DNA of 64,000 nucleotides, from NCBI GenBank assembly GCA_910579455.1, contig CAJTUT010000003.1, forward strand, positions 11,358 to 75,357. The letters run 5' to 3'. Position 1 is the stretch's first letter. Every line of letters begins with the position of its first letter. The notes beneath the pieces are model-generated. The model worked only from the letters and a program-made list of their open reading frames with translations, had not been told where the DNA came from and did no database searches. The translations under genes were made by a program, and so were the position numbers. Shown here in pieces: positions 50,141 to 60,905 of this stretch. The stretch is from an uncultured Bacilli bacterium. Lineage in GTDB: Bacteria; Bacillota_I; Bacilli_A; RF39; UBA660.

Positions 50141-50233
50141 TGGCGGAGGAAAAGGGATTCGAACCCCTGCGCCGCTTGCACGACCTTTCGGTTTTCAAGA
50201 CCGACCCCTTCAACCAGACTTGGGTATTCCTCC
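50141..50233 (-). tRNA. tRNA-Ser (UGA)
   Basis: GGAGGAAUACCCAAGUCUGGUUGAAGGGG-UCGGU-CUUGAAA-ACCGA, long variable arm, G73, CCA encoded. Confidence 0.85.
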
Positions 50234-50239
50234 ATCAGA

Positions 50240-50328
50240 TGGTGCCTAAGGTCGGACTTGAACCGACACGAGTGTTGAAGCTCGCAGGATTTTAAGTCCT
50301 GTGCGTCTACCTATTCCGCCACTCAGGC
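50240..50328 (-). tRNA. tRNA-Leu (UAA)
   Basis: GCCUGAGUGGCGGAAUAGGUAGACGC..., anticodon loop CUUAAAA, long variable arm, A73, CCA encoded. Confidence 0.85.
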
Positions 50329-50331
50329 ACA

Positions 50332-50407
50332 TGGTGACCTGTATGAGATTCGAACTCATGACCCTTTGATTAAAAGTCAAATGCTCTACCGACTGAGCTA
50401 ACAGATC
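50332..50407 (-). tRNA. tRNA-Lys (UUU)
   Basis: GAUCUGUUAGCUCAGUCGGUAGAGC..., anticodon loop CUUUUAA, CCA encoded. Confidence 0.85.
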
Positions 50408-50421
50408 ATTTCAATAAAATA

Positions 50422-50496
50422 TGGCTGCCTCGGTTAGATTCGAACTAACGCATGTCAGAGTCAAAGTCTGATGCCTTACCACTTGGCTACGAGGCA
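50422..50496 (-). tRNA. tRNA-Gln (UUG)
   Basis: UGCCUCGUAGCCAAGUGGUAAGGC..., anticodon loop CUUUGAC, U1-A72 pair, CCA encoded. Confidence 0.8.
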
Positions 50497-50503
50497 ATCC
50501 TAA

Positions 50504-50588
50504 TGGTGGAGAGAGATGGATTCGAACCATCGAACTCAATGAGAACAGATTTACAGTCTGTCGCGTTTAGCCTCTTCGCTACCTCTCC
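50504..50588 (-). tRNA. tRNA-Tyr (GUA)
   Basis: GGAGAGGUAGCGAAGAGGCUAAACGC..., anticodon loop CUGUAAA, long variable arm, CCA encoded. Confidence 0.85.
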
Positions 50589-50596
50589 AAAAAAAA

Positions 50597-50672
50597 TGGT
50601 GCCGAAACCAGGACTTGAACCCGGAACCTACTGATTACAAATCAGTTGCTCTACCAATTGAGCTATTTCGGC
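50597..50672 (-). tRNA. tRNA-Thr (UGU)
   Basis: GCCGAAAUAGCUCAAUUGGUAGAGC..., anticodon loop UUUGUAA, CCA encoded. Confidence 0.85.
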
Positions 50673-50681
50673 ATAAATAAA

Positions 50682-50758
50682 TGGTGGACGATATAGGACT
50701 CGAACCTATGACCCCCTGCTTGTAAGGCAGGTGCTCTAACCAACTGAGCTAATCGTCC
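50682..50758 (-). tRNA. tRNA-Val (UAC)
   Basis: Cloverleaf GGACGAUUAGCUCAGUUGGUUAGAGC..., anticodon loop CUUACAA, T-loop GGUUCGAGUCC, and CCA encoded. Confidence 0.85.
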
Positions 50759-50832
50759 ATAAACACATAAACAGTTGACAGTATCAAATATACCAGTTTA
50801 TGCTATTTTTGTCAATACTCATTTCAAATTTT

Positions 50833-51210
50833 TTACATTTTTTTACCTTGTTTATTAAGGATTTCTTCCGTTTTGTTTTTCATCCAAAAATCCAATTTTT
50901 TCTTCAAGGAGGAAAATCCATTTGATGTCTCTATGATTTTAGTCCTTTTTCTTCTATTTATTCTATAATCAATACCTTTTATACTTAACTTCACATGGAA
51001 GTCATTGCTATTAAAGTCAAGTATTTTAACTTTTATAGTCTCACCTATAGTAACATAATCACGGATATTTCTAACAAAGGAATCAGAAATCTCTGAAATA
51101 TGTATTAATCCACTGTAATAATTATCGAGCCCTACAAAAATACCATATTTTTCTATACCTGTTACACATCCAGTCACTATATTACCAATTTGATACTTAT
51201 CCTTCGCCAT
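50833..51210 (-). CDS. S1 RNA-binding-domain protein (general stress protein 13 / YugI-like)
   Basis: KYQIGNIVTGCVTGIEKYGIFVGLDNYYSGLIHISEISDSFVRNIRDYVTIGETIKVKIL is a canonical S1 domain. Start chosen at MAKDKYQ. Confidence 0.55.
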   Translation of the reverse strand: MAKDKYQIGNIVTGCVTGIEKYGIFVGLDNYYSGLIHISEISDSFVRNIRDYVTIGETIKVKILDFNSNDFHVKLSIKGIDYRINRRKRTKIIETSNGFSSLKKKLDFWMKNKTEEILNKQGKKM

Positions 51211-51327
51211 AACACACCGTCCTGTATACATTATAACAAAAAGAGTTGACTTATTCAAGGAAAGTATTCCCAAATGTATTTACTTATGATCCATAAACTA
51301 GTATAATTCATATTGGTGATAAATATG

Positions 51328-51573
51328 TATAAAAATACAGATATTGATATTGAAAATAGGATTATTACTATAATTAATAAAATAAAACCCTTTCTAATTA
51401 ATGATGGAGGAAATCTAGAGTTTATAAAATATGAAAATAACATTGTTTACGTAAAATTGATTGGAGCTTGTGCTGAATGCAATATGATGGATATAACACT
51501 AAAAGACGGAATTGAACAGTTAATTATAAATGAAATACCAGAAGTTAAAGAAGTGATAAATATAGACAAGTAA
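51328..51573 (+). CDS. NifU-like C-terminal-domain Fe-S assembly protein (YutI-like)
   Basis: LINDGGNLEFIKYENNIVYVKLIGACAECNMMDITLKDGIEQLI matches the Nfu/NifU C-terminal-domain CxxC motif. Confidence 0.7.
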   Translation, partial: YKNTDIDIENRIITIINKIKPFLINDGGNLEFIKYENNIVYVKLIGACAECNMMDITLKDGIEQLIINEIPEVKEVINIDK

Positions 51574-51574
51574 A

Positions 51575-52465
51575 TCACAACCAATCTATTCTTTCTATAC
51601 TAAATAATTGATTAATAATCATGTAGATATTTATAATATAATCCTCATACTCCTCAGTTCTTTTTAAAATAGATAGAATTTCTTTTTCTTCTAAATTATT
51701 ACCAATAATTTCATCATATTTATCAAAATAATAGGTAGGAAATAGCAGTCTAGCGTATATTAACTGACAAGAAAATTGGTCCAAATTAAGATAACTCAAT
51801 AAACCCTTTATTTTTATATAGTCATAATCATCATTAAAGAATATATATTTTAAATACTCAGCAATATCCCTACTTTTATAGTCAATAATTAAATTCAGTG
51901 GATTATTAAATTCATTATCTCTAATTCTCTTATGTGATATTACAAGATTATCATTTTTAGATTGAAGTAAGTGATAGGTATTATAAACATAGGATATTGC
52001 ATTTTCGGCCATTCCAATAAAATAATTAATGCTATCTCTTAATAGAGGATACTCTTTATCTAAATGTATTAATTGATACTCAATATAATCAATTTTTTCT
52101 GACCATAGAAACAACCAATTAGACCTATCTATATTTTTATACATTTTCTTTGATGTTAAAAGATAATACGGTTTTTCTATAATCTCTTCAATCCCTATTT
52201 TTTTAGAAACCTTTTTTATTAATATATATGAATAATTTTGCACATGAGTAATAATGCTATTTTCAATATTAATCATAATTTGATCATATTTATGGTTTCC
52301 CTTAATCAGATGATTAACCTCGATAATTTCATCCTCATATCTATTTAATGGTAAAAACAAATATTGATTATCAAAATAGCTGAATCTATATTGGCGTCTA
52401 TTTTTATATAGATGATTTATTTTTATATTATAATAATACTCAATTAAATTTTTTATTTTCACCAC
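51575..52465 (-). CDS. CotS-family spore-coat-protein-like (YutH-like) protein
   Basis: 296-aa kinase-fold-like ORF with no P-loop, adjacent to the NifU-like gene as in the Bacillus yutH-yutI pairing. The assignment rests mainly on context. Confidence 0.4.
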   Translation of the reverse strand: MVKIKNLIEYYYNIKINHLYKNRRQYRFSYFDNQYLFLPLNRYEDEIIEVNHLIKGNHKYDQIMINIENSIITHVQNYSYILIKKVSKKIGIEEIIEKPYYLLTSKKMYKNIDRSNWLFLWSEKIDYIEYQLIHLDKEYPLLRDSINYFIGMAENAISYVYNTYHLLQSKNDNLVISHKRIRDNEFNNPLNLIIDYKSRDIAEYLKYIFFNDDYDYIKIKGLLSYLNLDQFSCQLIYARLLFPTYYFDKYDEIIGNNLEEKEILSILKRTEEYEDYIINIYMIINQLFSIERIDWL

Positions 52466-52545
52466 CTCTATAAAACTTTATGATAAAGCCAATGTTTTTA
52501 CAACAAAAAAAGGGAAATATCTCCCTAATAGCTCGATAATATTAT

Positions 52546-54042
52546 CTAATTTTTCCCTTTGTGGATGGAAAAATTTGTTTCCTGTGTATTTCCATTATTT
52601 TCTAACATATGATCCAAATTTAAATTTGGATTAGTACTCTGTTGATTAAAGCGTGACAGCATTGCATCCAACTCATTCTCACCTAGAACTGCTCTACTAT
52701 TTACAGACTGATTTGCAGAAAATTTAGGCTGTACAGGCTCATTTTTATTGGAAAATTCCAGCATTTTATCTAACTCAGCAGCCTTTTCACTCATTTGACG
52801 AGCTCCCGCTTTGCTTTTATTTATAGTAGAATAATTCTCTTGTACTGTATTAAGTATTTTAGTGGCATTTATCTCTGCATTTCTTCTATTTTCCTCATAC
52901 TGATCTATGTTCGTAGATGCCTCCACTATTGTACTTTCTAGATTTTCATTCTGTTCTTTTATTTCGTTAACCCTTTCTCTAAGCTCCTTTAATTTTAATT
53001 GTAAATTTGCTCTCTCCTTTTGTTCTTCTTCAGTTGCATCTCTTACTAACTTATTTGTTTGAACTTCTGCTGCTTTTGCTTTCCTTTCTTTTTCTGCAGC
53101 TTCTTCGGCTTGTTTTTTTGCCTCTGCTTCTTGTTTCTTATGTTCATCCGCTTTTGTCTTCAATTTTTGCTGTCTTTCCTTCTCCTCATTATATACCTGT
53201 GCTATTTCTTCCAAAACTTTATCTATATCATCATCTAATTCATCTGAATTTAGATGTGCTGAAATAACTTTCTCCTTTTGGTTCAAACGATTAATATCTT
53301 CAAGGGTAGCCAATTCATCCCCACCATTATCAAATACACTATAATGATCAAATTCATTATAATCTGATTCTTCTGTTGATAATGGTAATTCCAAATTTTC
53401 TAGAGGTATAGTTAATGATGATGTATTTTGATTTATATTAGACTTTTGAATTGGTGGTTCACCTTGCACAAGTTCACTTTGCTCAACTGACTGAGTTGTT
53501 TGTTCCTGAGGTTGTGATACAGCTTCAGAATTATTAAAACCTACATTCAACATATCTTCGGCACTCTGCTGATCAAAATCCATATCAATATCTATTACAC
53601 TACACCAATCACGCAACTTGCTTACTATGGTAGCAAAAAACTTTCCAACCAATTTAAGAGGTGTTACTCCATAACGATAAAATCTACCATTAAAATAGCG
53701 TTCCTCATTCTTTATTATAATCTCTTTATCATTCTCTACTTCTGCAATGCGCCTTTTCAAATCGTTTATATTAAGTTGCGTTAGTGATGAGGATCCACTT
53801 TCAATAATTCTCTGATATATATCAATTTCCTGATCTTTTCTCTTCAATTTTCTTAGACTTCTTCTTCTGTAACCCTTATATTGACCTTTCACTTTATTCT
53901 TACTCTCAGGCTTCATAGCAACTTTTTTACTGGCATTAGATGGCTGATTAGGTCCGTATCTACTGTTTTGTAAATCTCGATCTGTATATTCTCCATTAGG
54001 TATAGTCTTTTCCATTTCTTCAACTTCTTGTTCTGTATTCAT
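52546..54042 (-). CDS. hypothetical coiled-coil protein with basic N-terminal and Q/N-rich C-terminal regions
   Basis: 498 aa. A central roughly 150-aa heptad-like K/E/A-rich segment (KQEAEAKKQAEEAAEKERKAKAAE...). No enzymatic motif. Confidence 0.35.
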   Translation of the reverse strand: MNTEQEVEEMEKTIPNGEYTDRDLQNSRYGPNQPSNASKKVAMKPESKNKVKGQYKGYRRRSLRKLKRKDQEIDIYQRIIESGSSSLTQLNINDLKRRIAEVENDKEIIIKNEERYFNGRFYRYGVTPLKLVGKFFATIVSKLRDWCSVIDIDMDFDQQSAEDMLNVGFNNSEAVSQPQEQTTQSVEQSELVQGEPPIQKSNINQNTSSLTIPLENLELPLSTEESDYNEFDHYSVFDNGGDELATLEDINRLNQKEKVISAHLNSDELDDDIDKVLEEIAQVYNEEKERQQKLKTKADEHKKQEAEAKKQAEEAAEKERKAKAAEVQTNKLVRDATEEEQKERANLQLKLKELRERVNEIKEQNENLESTIVEASTNIDQYEENRRNAEINATKILNTVQENYSTINKSKAGARQMSEKAAELDKMLEFSNKNEPVQPKFSANQSVNSRAVLGENELDAMLSRFNQQSTNPNLNLDHMLENNGNTQETNFSIHKGKN

Positions 54043-54082
54043 ATAAGAAACCTCCCACTTTTATTTATATATTCCCCTATAA

Positions 54083-54355
54083 CTAATCCTTAGCCAATTC
54101 ACGTAAAACATCCTTTATTCGTGTCCATTCATTTTCATCTTCTACGCCAAACAATCTTGGTTCGCCTGTCTCACGGTTTACATTAGAAACATAGACCGTA
54201 ATATTTCCATTTTCATCTTCCTCATTTTTTGTATAAACAACATATTCCTTTTTATTATCTTTGAACTCAAATGCCAATATTACTTCTACCTCTTCGATAG
54301 TTCCATCTTCTGCAACAATAGTCATAACCTTTTCTTCTAATGTTTCCTTATTCAT
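54083..54355 (-). CDS. DUF1292 (UPF0473/YrzB-like) protein
   Basis: ITVVAEDGTIEEVEVILAFEFKDNKKEYVVYTKNEEDENGNITVYVSNV...EDENEWTRIKDVL pattern typical of DUF1292. Start chosen at MNKETLEEK. Confidence 0.6.
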   Translation of the reverse strand: MNKETLEEKVMTIVAEDGTIEEVEVILAFEFKDNKKEYVVYTKNEEDENGNITVYVSNVNRETGEPRLFGVEDENEWTRIKDVLRELAKD

Positions 54356-54435
54356 ATATATGTCCTCCCTTTTATTCCTATTGAAATAATAAATATATAT
54401 ACATTTTACCATATTTACAAAATATTACAATACTT

Positions 54436-54753
54436 TTATTTTATTTTTTTTAATAAAAAGAATTTTGCACCATAGGCACAATAGTTTTTAATATAATTAT
54501 CTAATGTCTTGATATTATTAACGTTACTTACTCTTGGATGGCCATTACCATAGTATCCTTTTAACCTCAGCTTATCATATGCATAGTCTCCAAATATATA
54601 ATCAAATTCATAAAAATAATCTGTTATTATATTTTTTAATTCATCAAAATTAAAACAATCCTTCTCATTATTTACTATTTCATAAGAAAATTGATCCAGT
54701 TCTATTTTGTTCATATTATCCCTCAAAAAAATTATATCACAAAACCTACCCAA
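54436..54753 (-). CDS. hypothetical small protein
   Basis: 105-aa ORF overlapping the upstream gene by 8 nt. I recognise no motif. Confidence 0.25.
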   Translation of the reverse strand: MGRFCDIIFLRDNMNKIELDQFSYEIVNNEKDCFNFDELKNIITDYFYEFDYIFGDYAYDKLRLKGYYGNGHPRVSNVNNIKTLDNYIKNYCAYGAKFFLLKKIK

Positions 54754-55504
54754 TGGGTAGAGAAAAAAGAGAAGAATCTTTTTCGAGTGAAGATAAATAA
54801 TAATTAGGAATACTTCCTTGAATCACCTTCACAGTAAGCGGAATATCTACTTGTATCTTAGCTGAGTCTGTAAATTGAGGCATAGTGATTCGCTCTTCAA
54901 CTTCAACATGAATCGAAACTTCTAAATAAATACTATTGATTCCATATGTTTCTACTTTGGTCTTTAAATTTGTCACTACTTCTCCAATAAAGTTTAGTTT
55001 AATTGGAAAAATCGGACCATTATTTGCAACAAGAGAGTTAGAAAATAAAGCACCCATTGGCACTTCACAAACAACTCCTTTTTTTATTTCCTTAAATTTA
55101 ATCCCCTTAAAAGTATTGGCAATTTCTAACTGATCAGTCTTACCATTTTCCAAATCTACTAACCTTTTTTGTACTTTTATAGTTGTTTGTTTTAAAAGCT
55201 GATTTACTTCTTTAGCTCTAAAATCAATCATTTGAATTTCATTTTTTTCATTAAATGTTACCTCAAAGATGTTATCATCTATCTTTTTTAAAAACTCTTG
55301 ATCAATTGCAGAATTTACCGCATATACACCAAATCTTTTTGCCTCTACTGTAGAATATCTTAAAAGAATAGGATTAACCTTTTTACTTAATAAAAATAAA
55401 GATAGGAATGCACAAAGAATAGCAAAAGCTAAAACCCAAAATAATATTTTTAGTCTTTTCATATAACTAGGATATGTAAAAAGAAAAAAGAATAGTATCT
55501 TCAA
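54746..55504 (-). CDS. sporulation protein YunB-like
   Basis: N-terminal TM anchor, size and polar body consistent with the YunB family. Weak, mostly context- and composition-based. Confidence 0.35.
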   Translation of the reverse strand: MKILFFFLFTYPSYMKRLKILFWVLAFAILCAFLSLFLLSKKVNPILLRYSTVEAKRFGVYAVNSAIDQEFLKKIDDNIFEVTFNEKNEIQMIDFRAKEVNQLLKQTTIKVQKRLVDLENGKTDQLEIANTFKGIKFKEIKKGVVCEVPMGALFSNSLVANNGPIFPIKLNFIGEVVTNLKTKVETYGINSIYLEVSIHVEVEERITMPQFTDSAKIQVDIPLTVKVIQGSIPNYYLSSLEKDSSLFSLPIG

Positions 55505-56227
55505 CTACTCTTCTTCTAATATTTCCTGGAGACTCTGGCATTTTTCTACATCCATAGCAGAAACATTTTCCAACGGATAGGATATTCCCAGTTTCTGATA
55601 CTTAGAAACACCTAAGGTTTGGTAAGGTAAAAGCTCCACCTTTTCTATGTTTCTAAAACCAGAAATAAAGTTTTTTAAACCAAGAACAAAATCTTTTGTA
55701 TCATTGACTCCTGGAACAATTACAGTTCGAAACCACATTTTTTTACCTTTCTTCTGACAAGTATATAAAAATTTTAAAAAATTAGTTATTGGTCTCGTAG
55801 TAAGTTTTTGATATTCCTGTTCCTGGTAAGCCTTGATATCTAGTATGACTAAATCCACATAATCTAAGATTTCTTCATATCCATTTACAGAACCAGAGGT
55901 ATCAATCGCTGTATGAATATGCTCATTCTTACATAGTTTTAAGCATTCGAGTAAGAATTCTTTTTGTAGTAATGGCTCTCCTCCAGAAAATGTGACACCC
56001 CCATCTTCTCCAAAATAGTTTTGATATCTTTTTATCTTTTCGATTAGTTCTTCTGGCGATAATTCTAGTTTATAAGAATCAGAATTCCATGTTTCAGGAT
56101 TATGGCAATAAAGGCATCTTAATGGGCATCCTTGTAAAAATACTACAAATCGAATTCCAGGACCATCTACTAGCCCCATGGTTTCCAATGAATTAATCTT
56201 TCCCTTTATGATGTTAGATTTTTTCAT
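55505..56227 (-). CDS. pflA: pyruvate formate-lyase activating enzyme
   Basis: [26 protein letters not shown] radical-SAM / glycyl-radical-activase motif. Immediately downstream of pflB. Confidence 0.85.
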   Translation of the reverse strand: MKKSNIIKGKINSLETMGLVDGPGIRFVVFLQGCPLRCLYCHNPETWNSDSYKLELSPEELIEKIKRYQNYFGEDGGVTFSGGEPLLQKEFLLECLKLCKNEHIHTAIDTSGSVNGYEEILDYVDLVILDIKAYQEQEYQKLTTRPITNFLKFLYTCQKKGKKMWFRTVIVPGVNDTKDFVLGLKNFISGFRNIEKVELLPYQTLGVSKYQKLGISYPLENVSAMDVEKCQSLQEILEEE

Positions 56228-58442
56228 GAAAAGTCCTACTAATTACTTCTAATTGTTGTTCACGACTCAACCTATTAAAGTGAACCGCATAACCACTAAT
56301 ACGAATAGTCAATGTAGGATACTCCTCTGGATGTTCCATTGCGTCTATCAATGTTTCTCTATTTAAAACATTGACATTTAAATGTTGAGAACCTTGTTTA
56401 AAATATCCATCCATTAAAGAGACTAAATTTTTGATTCTTTCTTCTTCCGTGTGCCCTAAAGCAGGTGGTGTGATAGAGAAAGTATTAGAAACACCATCTT
56501 CACAAACATCAGTATAAGGAATCTTTGCAACAGAGTTTAGGGAAGCTAGAGCACCACTTTCGTCTCTTCCATGCATAGGATTTGCTCCTGGTGCAAAAGC
56601 AACTCCTGCTTCTCGTCCATCTGGAGTAGCACCTGTTTTTTTACCATATACAACATTAGAAGTAATTGTAAGAATTGACAATGTATGTTTAGCATTTTTA
56701 TATAATTTATGAGTTCTTAATTTTTTAATAAAGTTACGAGCAAGTTCTACTCCAATTTGATCGACTCTATCATCATCATTTCCATACTTCGGATAATCTC
56801 CTTCTACTTCAAAGCGAATAGTAATTCCTTCCTCATTCCTAATTGGTTTTACTTTGGCATATTTAATTGCAGATAAAGAGTCCACTGCTACTGAAAATCC
56901 CGCTACTCCAAAGGCCATCAAACGATTTACATCAGTGTCATGTAGTGCCATCTGTCCTGCCTCATAAGCATACTTATCATGCATAAAGTGAATAGTATTC
57001 ATTGCATCCACATAAGTTTTTGCAACCTTTTCTAATACTAGATCATAATTTTTCATCACTTTATCATAATCTAGAATCTCATCTTCCATTTTTCCAATCC
57101 CTTCAACAATGACTCCCCCTTTCATCTCATCTACTCCACCATTAATAGAATATAAAAGGGATTTAGCCAGATTACACCTAGCCCCAAAGAATTGCATATC
57201 TCGACCAATTCTCATCGCAGAAACACAGCAGGCAATTCCATAATCATGACCGTATAAAGGTCTCATTACATCGTCATTTTCATATTGAATAGAATCTGTC
57301 TTAATAGATATTTTAGCACAATATTTTTTAAAATTCATAGGTAGTTTTTCTGACCAAAGGACTGTTAAATTAGGCTCAGGTGAAGATCCTAAATTAATTA
57401 ATGTATGTAAATATCTAAATGAGTTTTTGGTAACTAAGGGTACCCCATCTTTTGTAACTCCACCAATTGATTCAGTCACCCAAGTAGGATCACCCGCGAA
57501 TAAATCATTGTATTCTGGAGTACGCAAATGGCGAGCTAAACGAAGCTTAATAATAAATTGATCAATCATCTCTTGAGCTTCTTTTTCACTAATACTACCT
57601 TCTTTTAAATCCCTTTCTATATAAATATCTAAGAAAGTAGAAGTTCTTCCTAAACTCATTGCGGCACCATTATTTTCTTTAATAGCTGCCAAATATCCAA
57701 AATATACCCATTGAATTGCCTCTTTGGCATTTTCGGCTGGATTTGAAATATCAAAACCATAAGATGCTGCCATTTCTTTGATTTCATCTAGAGCTTTTAT
57801 CTGCATGCTAACTTCTTCACGAAGTCTAATAATTTCCTCAGTAATTTCTACTTTTTCTAATTCTAATAGGTCACTTTGTTTCTCAGACTTTAAAAAATCA
57901 ATTCCATAAAGAGCAATTCTTCTATAGTCCCCAATGATTCTTCCTCTTCCATAAGCATCAGGTAAACCAGTTAACAAACCAGCATGTCTTGCTTTTCTAA
58001 CATCTGTTGTATATGCATCAAATACCCCTTCATTATGAGTCTTTCTATATTTTGTAAATTTTTCTTCTACTTCCCTGTCCCATTGGTAACCATAGGCCTT
58101 TAAAGATTCTCTAACCATTCTTACGCCACCAAATGGATTTACAATTCTTTTTAAAGGACCATCTGTTTGAAGTCCAAAAATCACTTCATTCTCCTGATCG
58201 ATATATCCAGGGTTAAAGGAATTAATTCCTGATACTGTTTTTGTATCTACATCCAAAATTCCTTTTTCTAACTCTTCTTGAATGAGTTTTCTACACCTTT
58301 TCCATACCTTGTCTGTTTTCCCTGTAGTTCCTTCTAAAAAAGAATCATCTCCTTCATATAAAGTATAGTTATTTATAATAAAGTCTTCTAAATCTATTTT
58401 ATTTTTCCAATTTTCTCCTTTGAAATTTCTATAACAATTCAC
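56214..58442 (-). CDS. pflB: formate C-acetyltransferase (pyruvate formate-lyase)
   Basis: Glycine-radical motif RISGYAV near the C-terminus, and an active-site cysteine pair context (ACCVSAM). Length 742 aa. Confidence 0.9.
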   Translation of the reverse strand: MNCYRNFKGENWKNKIDLEDFIINNYTLYEGDDSFLEGTTGKTDKVWKRCRKLIQEELEKGILDVDTKTVSGINSFNPGYIDQENEVIFGLQTDGPLKRIVNPFGGVRMVRESLKAYGYQWDREVEEKFTKYRKTHNEGVFDAYTTDVRKARHAGLLTGLPDAYGRGRIIGDYRRIALYGIDFLKSEKQSDLLELEKVEITEEIIRLREEVSMQIKALDEIKEMAASYGFDISNPAENAKEAIQWVYFGYLAAIKENNGAAMSLGRTSTFLDIYIERDLKEGSISEKEAQEMIDQFIIKLRLARHLRTPEYNDLFAGDPTWVTESIGGVTKDGVPLVTKNSFRYLHTLINLGSSPEPNLTVLWSEKLPMNFKKYCAKISIKTDSIQYENDDVMRPLYGHDYGIACCVSAMRIGRDMQFFGARCNLAKSLLYSINGGVDEMKGGVIVEGIGKMEDEILDYDKVMKNYDLVLEKVAKTYVDAMNTIHFMHDKYAYEAGQMALHDTDVNRLMAFGVAGFSVAVDSLSAIKYAKVKPIRNEEGITIRFEVEGDYPKYGNDDDRVDQIGVELARNFIKKLRTHKLYKNAKHTLSILTITSNVVYGKKTGATPDGREAGVAFAPGANPMHGRDESGALASLNSVAKIPYTDVCEDGVSNTFSITPPALGHTEEERIKNLVSLMDGYFKQGSQHLNVNVLNRETLIDAMEHPEEYPTLTIRISGYAVHFNRLSREQQLEVISRTFHEKI

Positions 58443-58583
58443 CTTATACCTTCTTTCTACAATTTTTTCACAATAAATATTATAACATATAATTTAAAAA
58501 ATCAATAGAAATATGAGTTTTCTCGTCTCTGTGGTACTATACATGGTATTACAAATATAAAAAATATTTTTTTGTATATAAAA

Positions 58584-59306
58584 TCACTTTTTACATTTTA
58601 AGAAATATACAACACTCATAGTATCAGCACTATTTTTGCCTTTCTCTTTTATTTCAAAATATTTTTGAAGTACATCTTCAAATTCCTGAGATAGCATATT
58701 AAATTTGTCAGGACGTCCCATATACTCTTCAATTAACATCATAATTCGTCCAGTTGGACTTTTAATATTTGGAATATCAAGCACAAATTTTCCATTAGGT
58801 TTTATTATACGATGAATTTCAGCTAGTGCTTTTTCTACAAATTCTTTTTCAAAATACTCAAGCACCCCGATACACGCTCCAATGTCAAAAAAGTTGTCAT
58901 CAAATGGAGTTTCATGTATACTTCCACAGAATAAAGCCCCAATAGATAAATCTCTTTTACTTATGGTTCTTTCAAGAAGTTTAATCGTTTCTGGACTTAT
59001 ATCAACTCCATAATATAATGATTGCCAATTATCATATCCATAAAACATAAGATTTAAACAACACCCAAGATCAATAAATTTCATATCCTTAGTGGGTGAT
59101 AAGTAATCTTTAATACCTTTATTTTTACTACCTTCATATCCGATTTCTAATTCAATTTTATATTTAGGATAGTCTGGGTCATTTGTAATATATCCTGGTA
59201 AGTTATCATACGAAAGTGCATCTTTCTTTCCATAATCAACAATACCTCTGTCGTAAGATTCTTTAATTAATTCTAAATCATTGTCATAATCATTTTTATT
59301 ATTCAT
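58584..59306 (-). CDS. class I SAM-dependent methyltransferase
   Basis: KFIDLGCCLNLMF (motif I, GxGxG-like) and an acidic residue after beta-2 (YYGVDIS). Confidence 0.55.
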   Translation of the reverse strand: MNNKNDYDNDLELIKESYDRGIVDYGKKDALSYDNLPGYITNDPDYPKYKIELEIGYEGSKNKGIKDYLSPTKDMKFIDLGCCLNLMFYGYDNWQSLYYGVDISPETIKLLERTISKRDLSIGALFCGSIHETPFDDNFFDIGACIGVLEYFEKEFVEKALAEIHRIIKPNGKFVLDIPNIKSPTGRIMMLIEEYMGRPDKFNMLSQEFEDVLQKYFEIKEKGKNSADTMSVVYFLKCKK

Positions 59307-59449
59307 ATTAAAAACTCCTCTACAAATCGCTAAATATAAAAGTCTCTAAATACATTTTATCACAAATCTCTTTTGATTTTAGGAGCTTAATTGTTTTTAT
59401 TTACAAACTCTGTGATATTACGAGCCGATATTTACAAACCTTAACGGAA

Positions 59450-59504
59450 CCTAAAAAAGGTTAAACCCTTATAAAACCTAAGAAGTGTGATTTTATAAGG
59501 GTTT
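59450..59504 (-). terminator. rho-independent terminator downstream of ylmC (sigG operon end)
   Basis: Perfect 14-bp inverted repeat AAACCCTTATAAAA...TTTTATAAGGGTTT, followed on the minus strand by CCUUUUUUAGG. Confidence 0.5.
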
Positions 59505-59564
59505 ACTAATATAGTACAAAGTTATAACATAAAAAATGAGGAAAGCTATCCCCTTAACCTCATT

Positions 59565-59801
59565 TTATTTATAATTATTGTTTTTGTTGACTAATATAAC
59601 ATCTTCGCCTATTTTAGTAATATCTTTCCAAAAAACAATGGTCTCCTCATCTTTGGAAAAAGATAGAAATTTCTTACTATTTTCTATCACCAAAGACTCT
59701 ACTTGTCCCATTTCATTGACATTCACATCAATAATGCTTCCAACATTTTTTCCATCCAAGACGTTGACGATATTTTTACTCTGTAAGTCTGAAAGCCGCA
59801 T
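59565..59801 (-). CDS. ylmC: YlmC/YmxH-family sporulation protein (PRC-barrel)
   Basis: MRLSDLQSKNIVNVLDGKNVGSIIDVNVNEMGQVESLVI matches the YlmC/YmxH consensus. It is downstream of sigG, as in Bacillus. Confidence 0.7.
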   Translation of the reverse strand: MRLSDLQSKNIVNVLDGKNVGSIIDVNVNEMGQVESLVIENSKKFLSFSKDEETIVFWKDITKIGEDVILVNKNNNYK

Positions 59802-59829
59802 ATAAATCACCTAGTTAAGTATATGTCAT

Positions 59830-60606
59830 TTACTTTAATACTTTCTTTAAAGAGTTAATTGCGGATTTTTCCAAACGTGAAACTTGAGCTTGACTAATTG
59901 CAAGTTCATCTGCAATTTCCATTTGTGTCTTACCAATTACAAACCTTTCATCTAAAATAAACTGTTCCCTTTCACTTAAATGATCAATGGCTTCATTTAA
60001 AGCAAGTTTAATCTCCATATCCTTACTATTACTTTTCTTATCTTCTATTTGATCACATAAGTAAATAGTATCTCCCCCATCATTATAGATAGCCTCAAAC
60101 ATACTGACTGGTTCTTTTAGAGAATCAAGAGCATGAACAATATCAAATGGTGTAACCTCTAGTTCTTTTGCAATCTCTTCAATAGGAGGTTCAATCCCAT
60201 TTTTAGCAATATACTCTTCTTTGTACTTTAAAGTTTTATAGGCAATATCTTTTAAAGATCTACTCACCCTAATACTATTGTTATCCCTTAAGTATCTTCT
60301 AACCTCTCCTAAAATCATAGGAACTGCATAAGTTGAAAATCTTACTTCGTGGGAAAGGTCAAAATTATCAATTGCTTTTAAAAGACCAATACAACCTACC
60401 TGAAATAAATCATCCATATTATCACAACGTGAGGCAAATCTCTTAATAATACTTAATACTAGTTTTAAATTCCCATTGACCAAATCATCTCTTGCGAAAG
60501 GGTCACCTTCTTTCATCTTCTTAAATAACTCCGTCATTTCATTACTTGTTAATACTTTAATATTTGCTGTGTTCACACCACTGATCTCAACTTTGTGGCG
60601 TGCCAT
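59830..60606 (-). CDS. sigG: sporulation sigma factor SigG
   Basis: MARHKVEISGVNTANIKVL...LVNGNLKLVLSIIKRF...DDLFQVGCIGLLKAIDNFDLSHEVRFSTYAVPMILGEVRRYLRDNNSIRVSRSLKDIAYK is near-identical in pattern to B. subtilis SigG. Confidence 0.9.
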   Translation of the reverse strand: MARHKVEISGVNTANIKVLTSNEMTELFKKMKEGDPFARDDLVNGNLKLVLSIIKRFASRCDNMDDLFQVGCIGLLKAIDNFDLSHEVRFSTYAVPMILGEVRRYLRDNNSIRVSRSLKDIAYKTLKYKEEYIAKNGIEPPIEEIAKELEVTPFDIVHALDSLKEPVSMFEAIYNDGGDTIYLCDQIEDKKSNSKDMEIKLALNEAIDHLSEREQFILDERFVIGKTQMEIADELAISQAQVSRLEKSAINSLKKVLK

Positions 60607-60905
60607 AAAAAATCTCCTTTCATACTCTTTATGGTACAAAAGAAGAATTGTTATTCAAAAAATCACTATTTTTTATAAAAAATAGATATTTGCAGATTAA
60701 ATCTTTTATTTTTAACACATACATAAAAATATTTTAGTCATTTACAACCAAATCACTATATTTTAAATACATCCTGAAAACATTAAACATCTTGTAATAA
60801 TTTTTATAAACTTAAAATATCTCTTTTTCTAAAATATCAAATCTGCAATCTACAAGAGTTTTAATTTTAAGTTTTCTTCTGTCATATCAAATAATTTTTC
60901 TATAC

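Noticed and set aside
46813-50760. Prophage or integrative element at the tRNA array
   Set aside because: No integrase, recombinase, transposase or phage structural genes, and I could not see obvious direct repeats of tRNA 3' ends. Only the two-gene ATPase/nuclease pair looks accessory.
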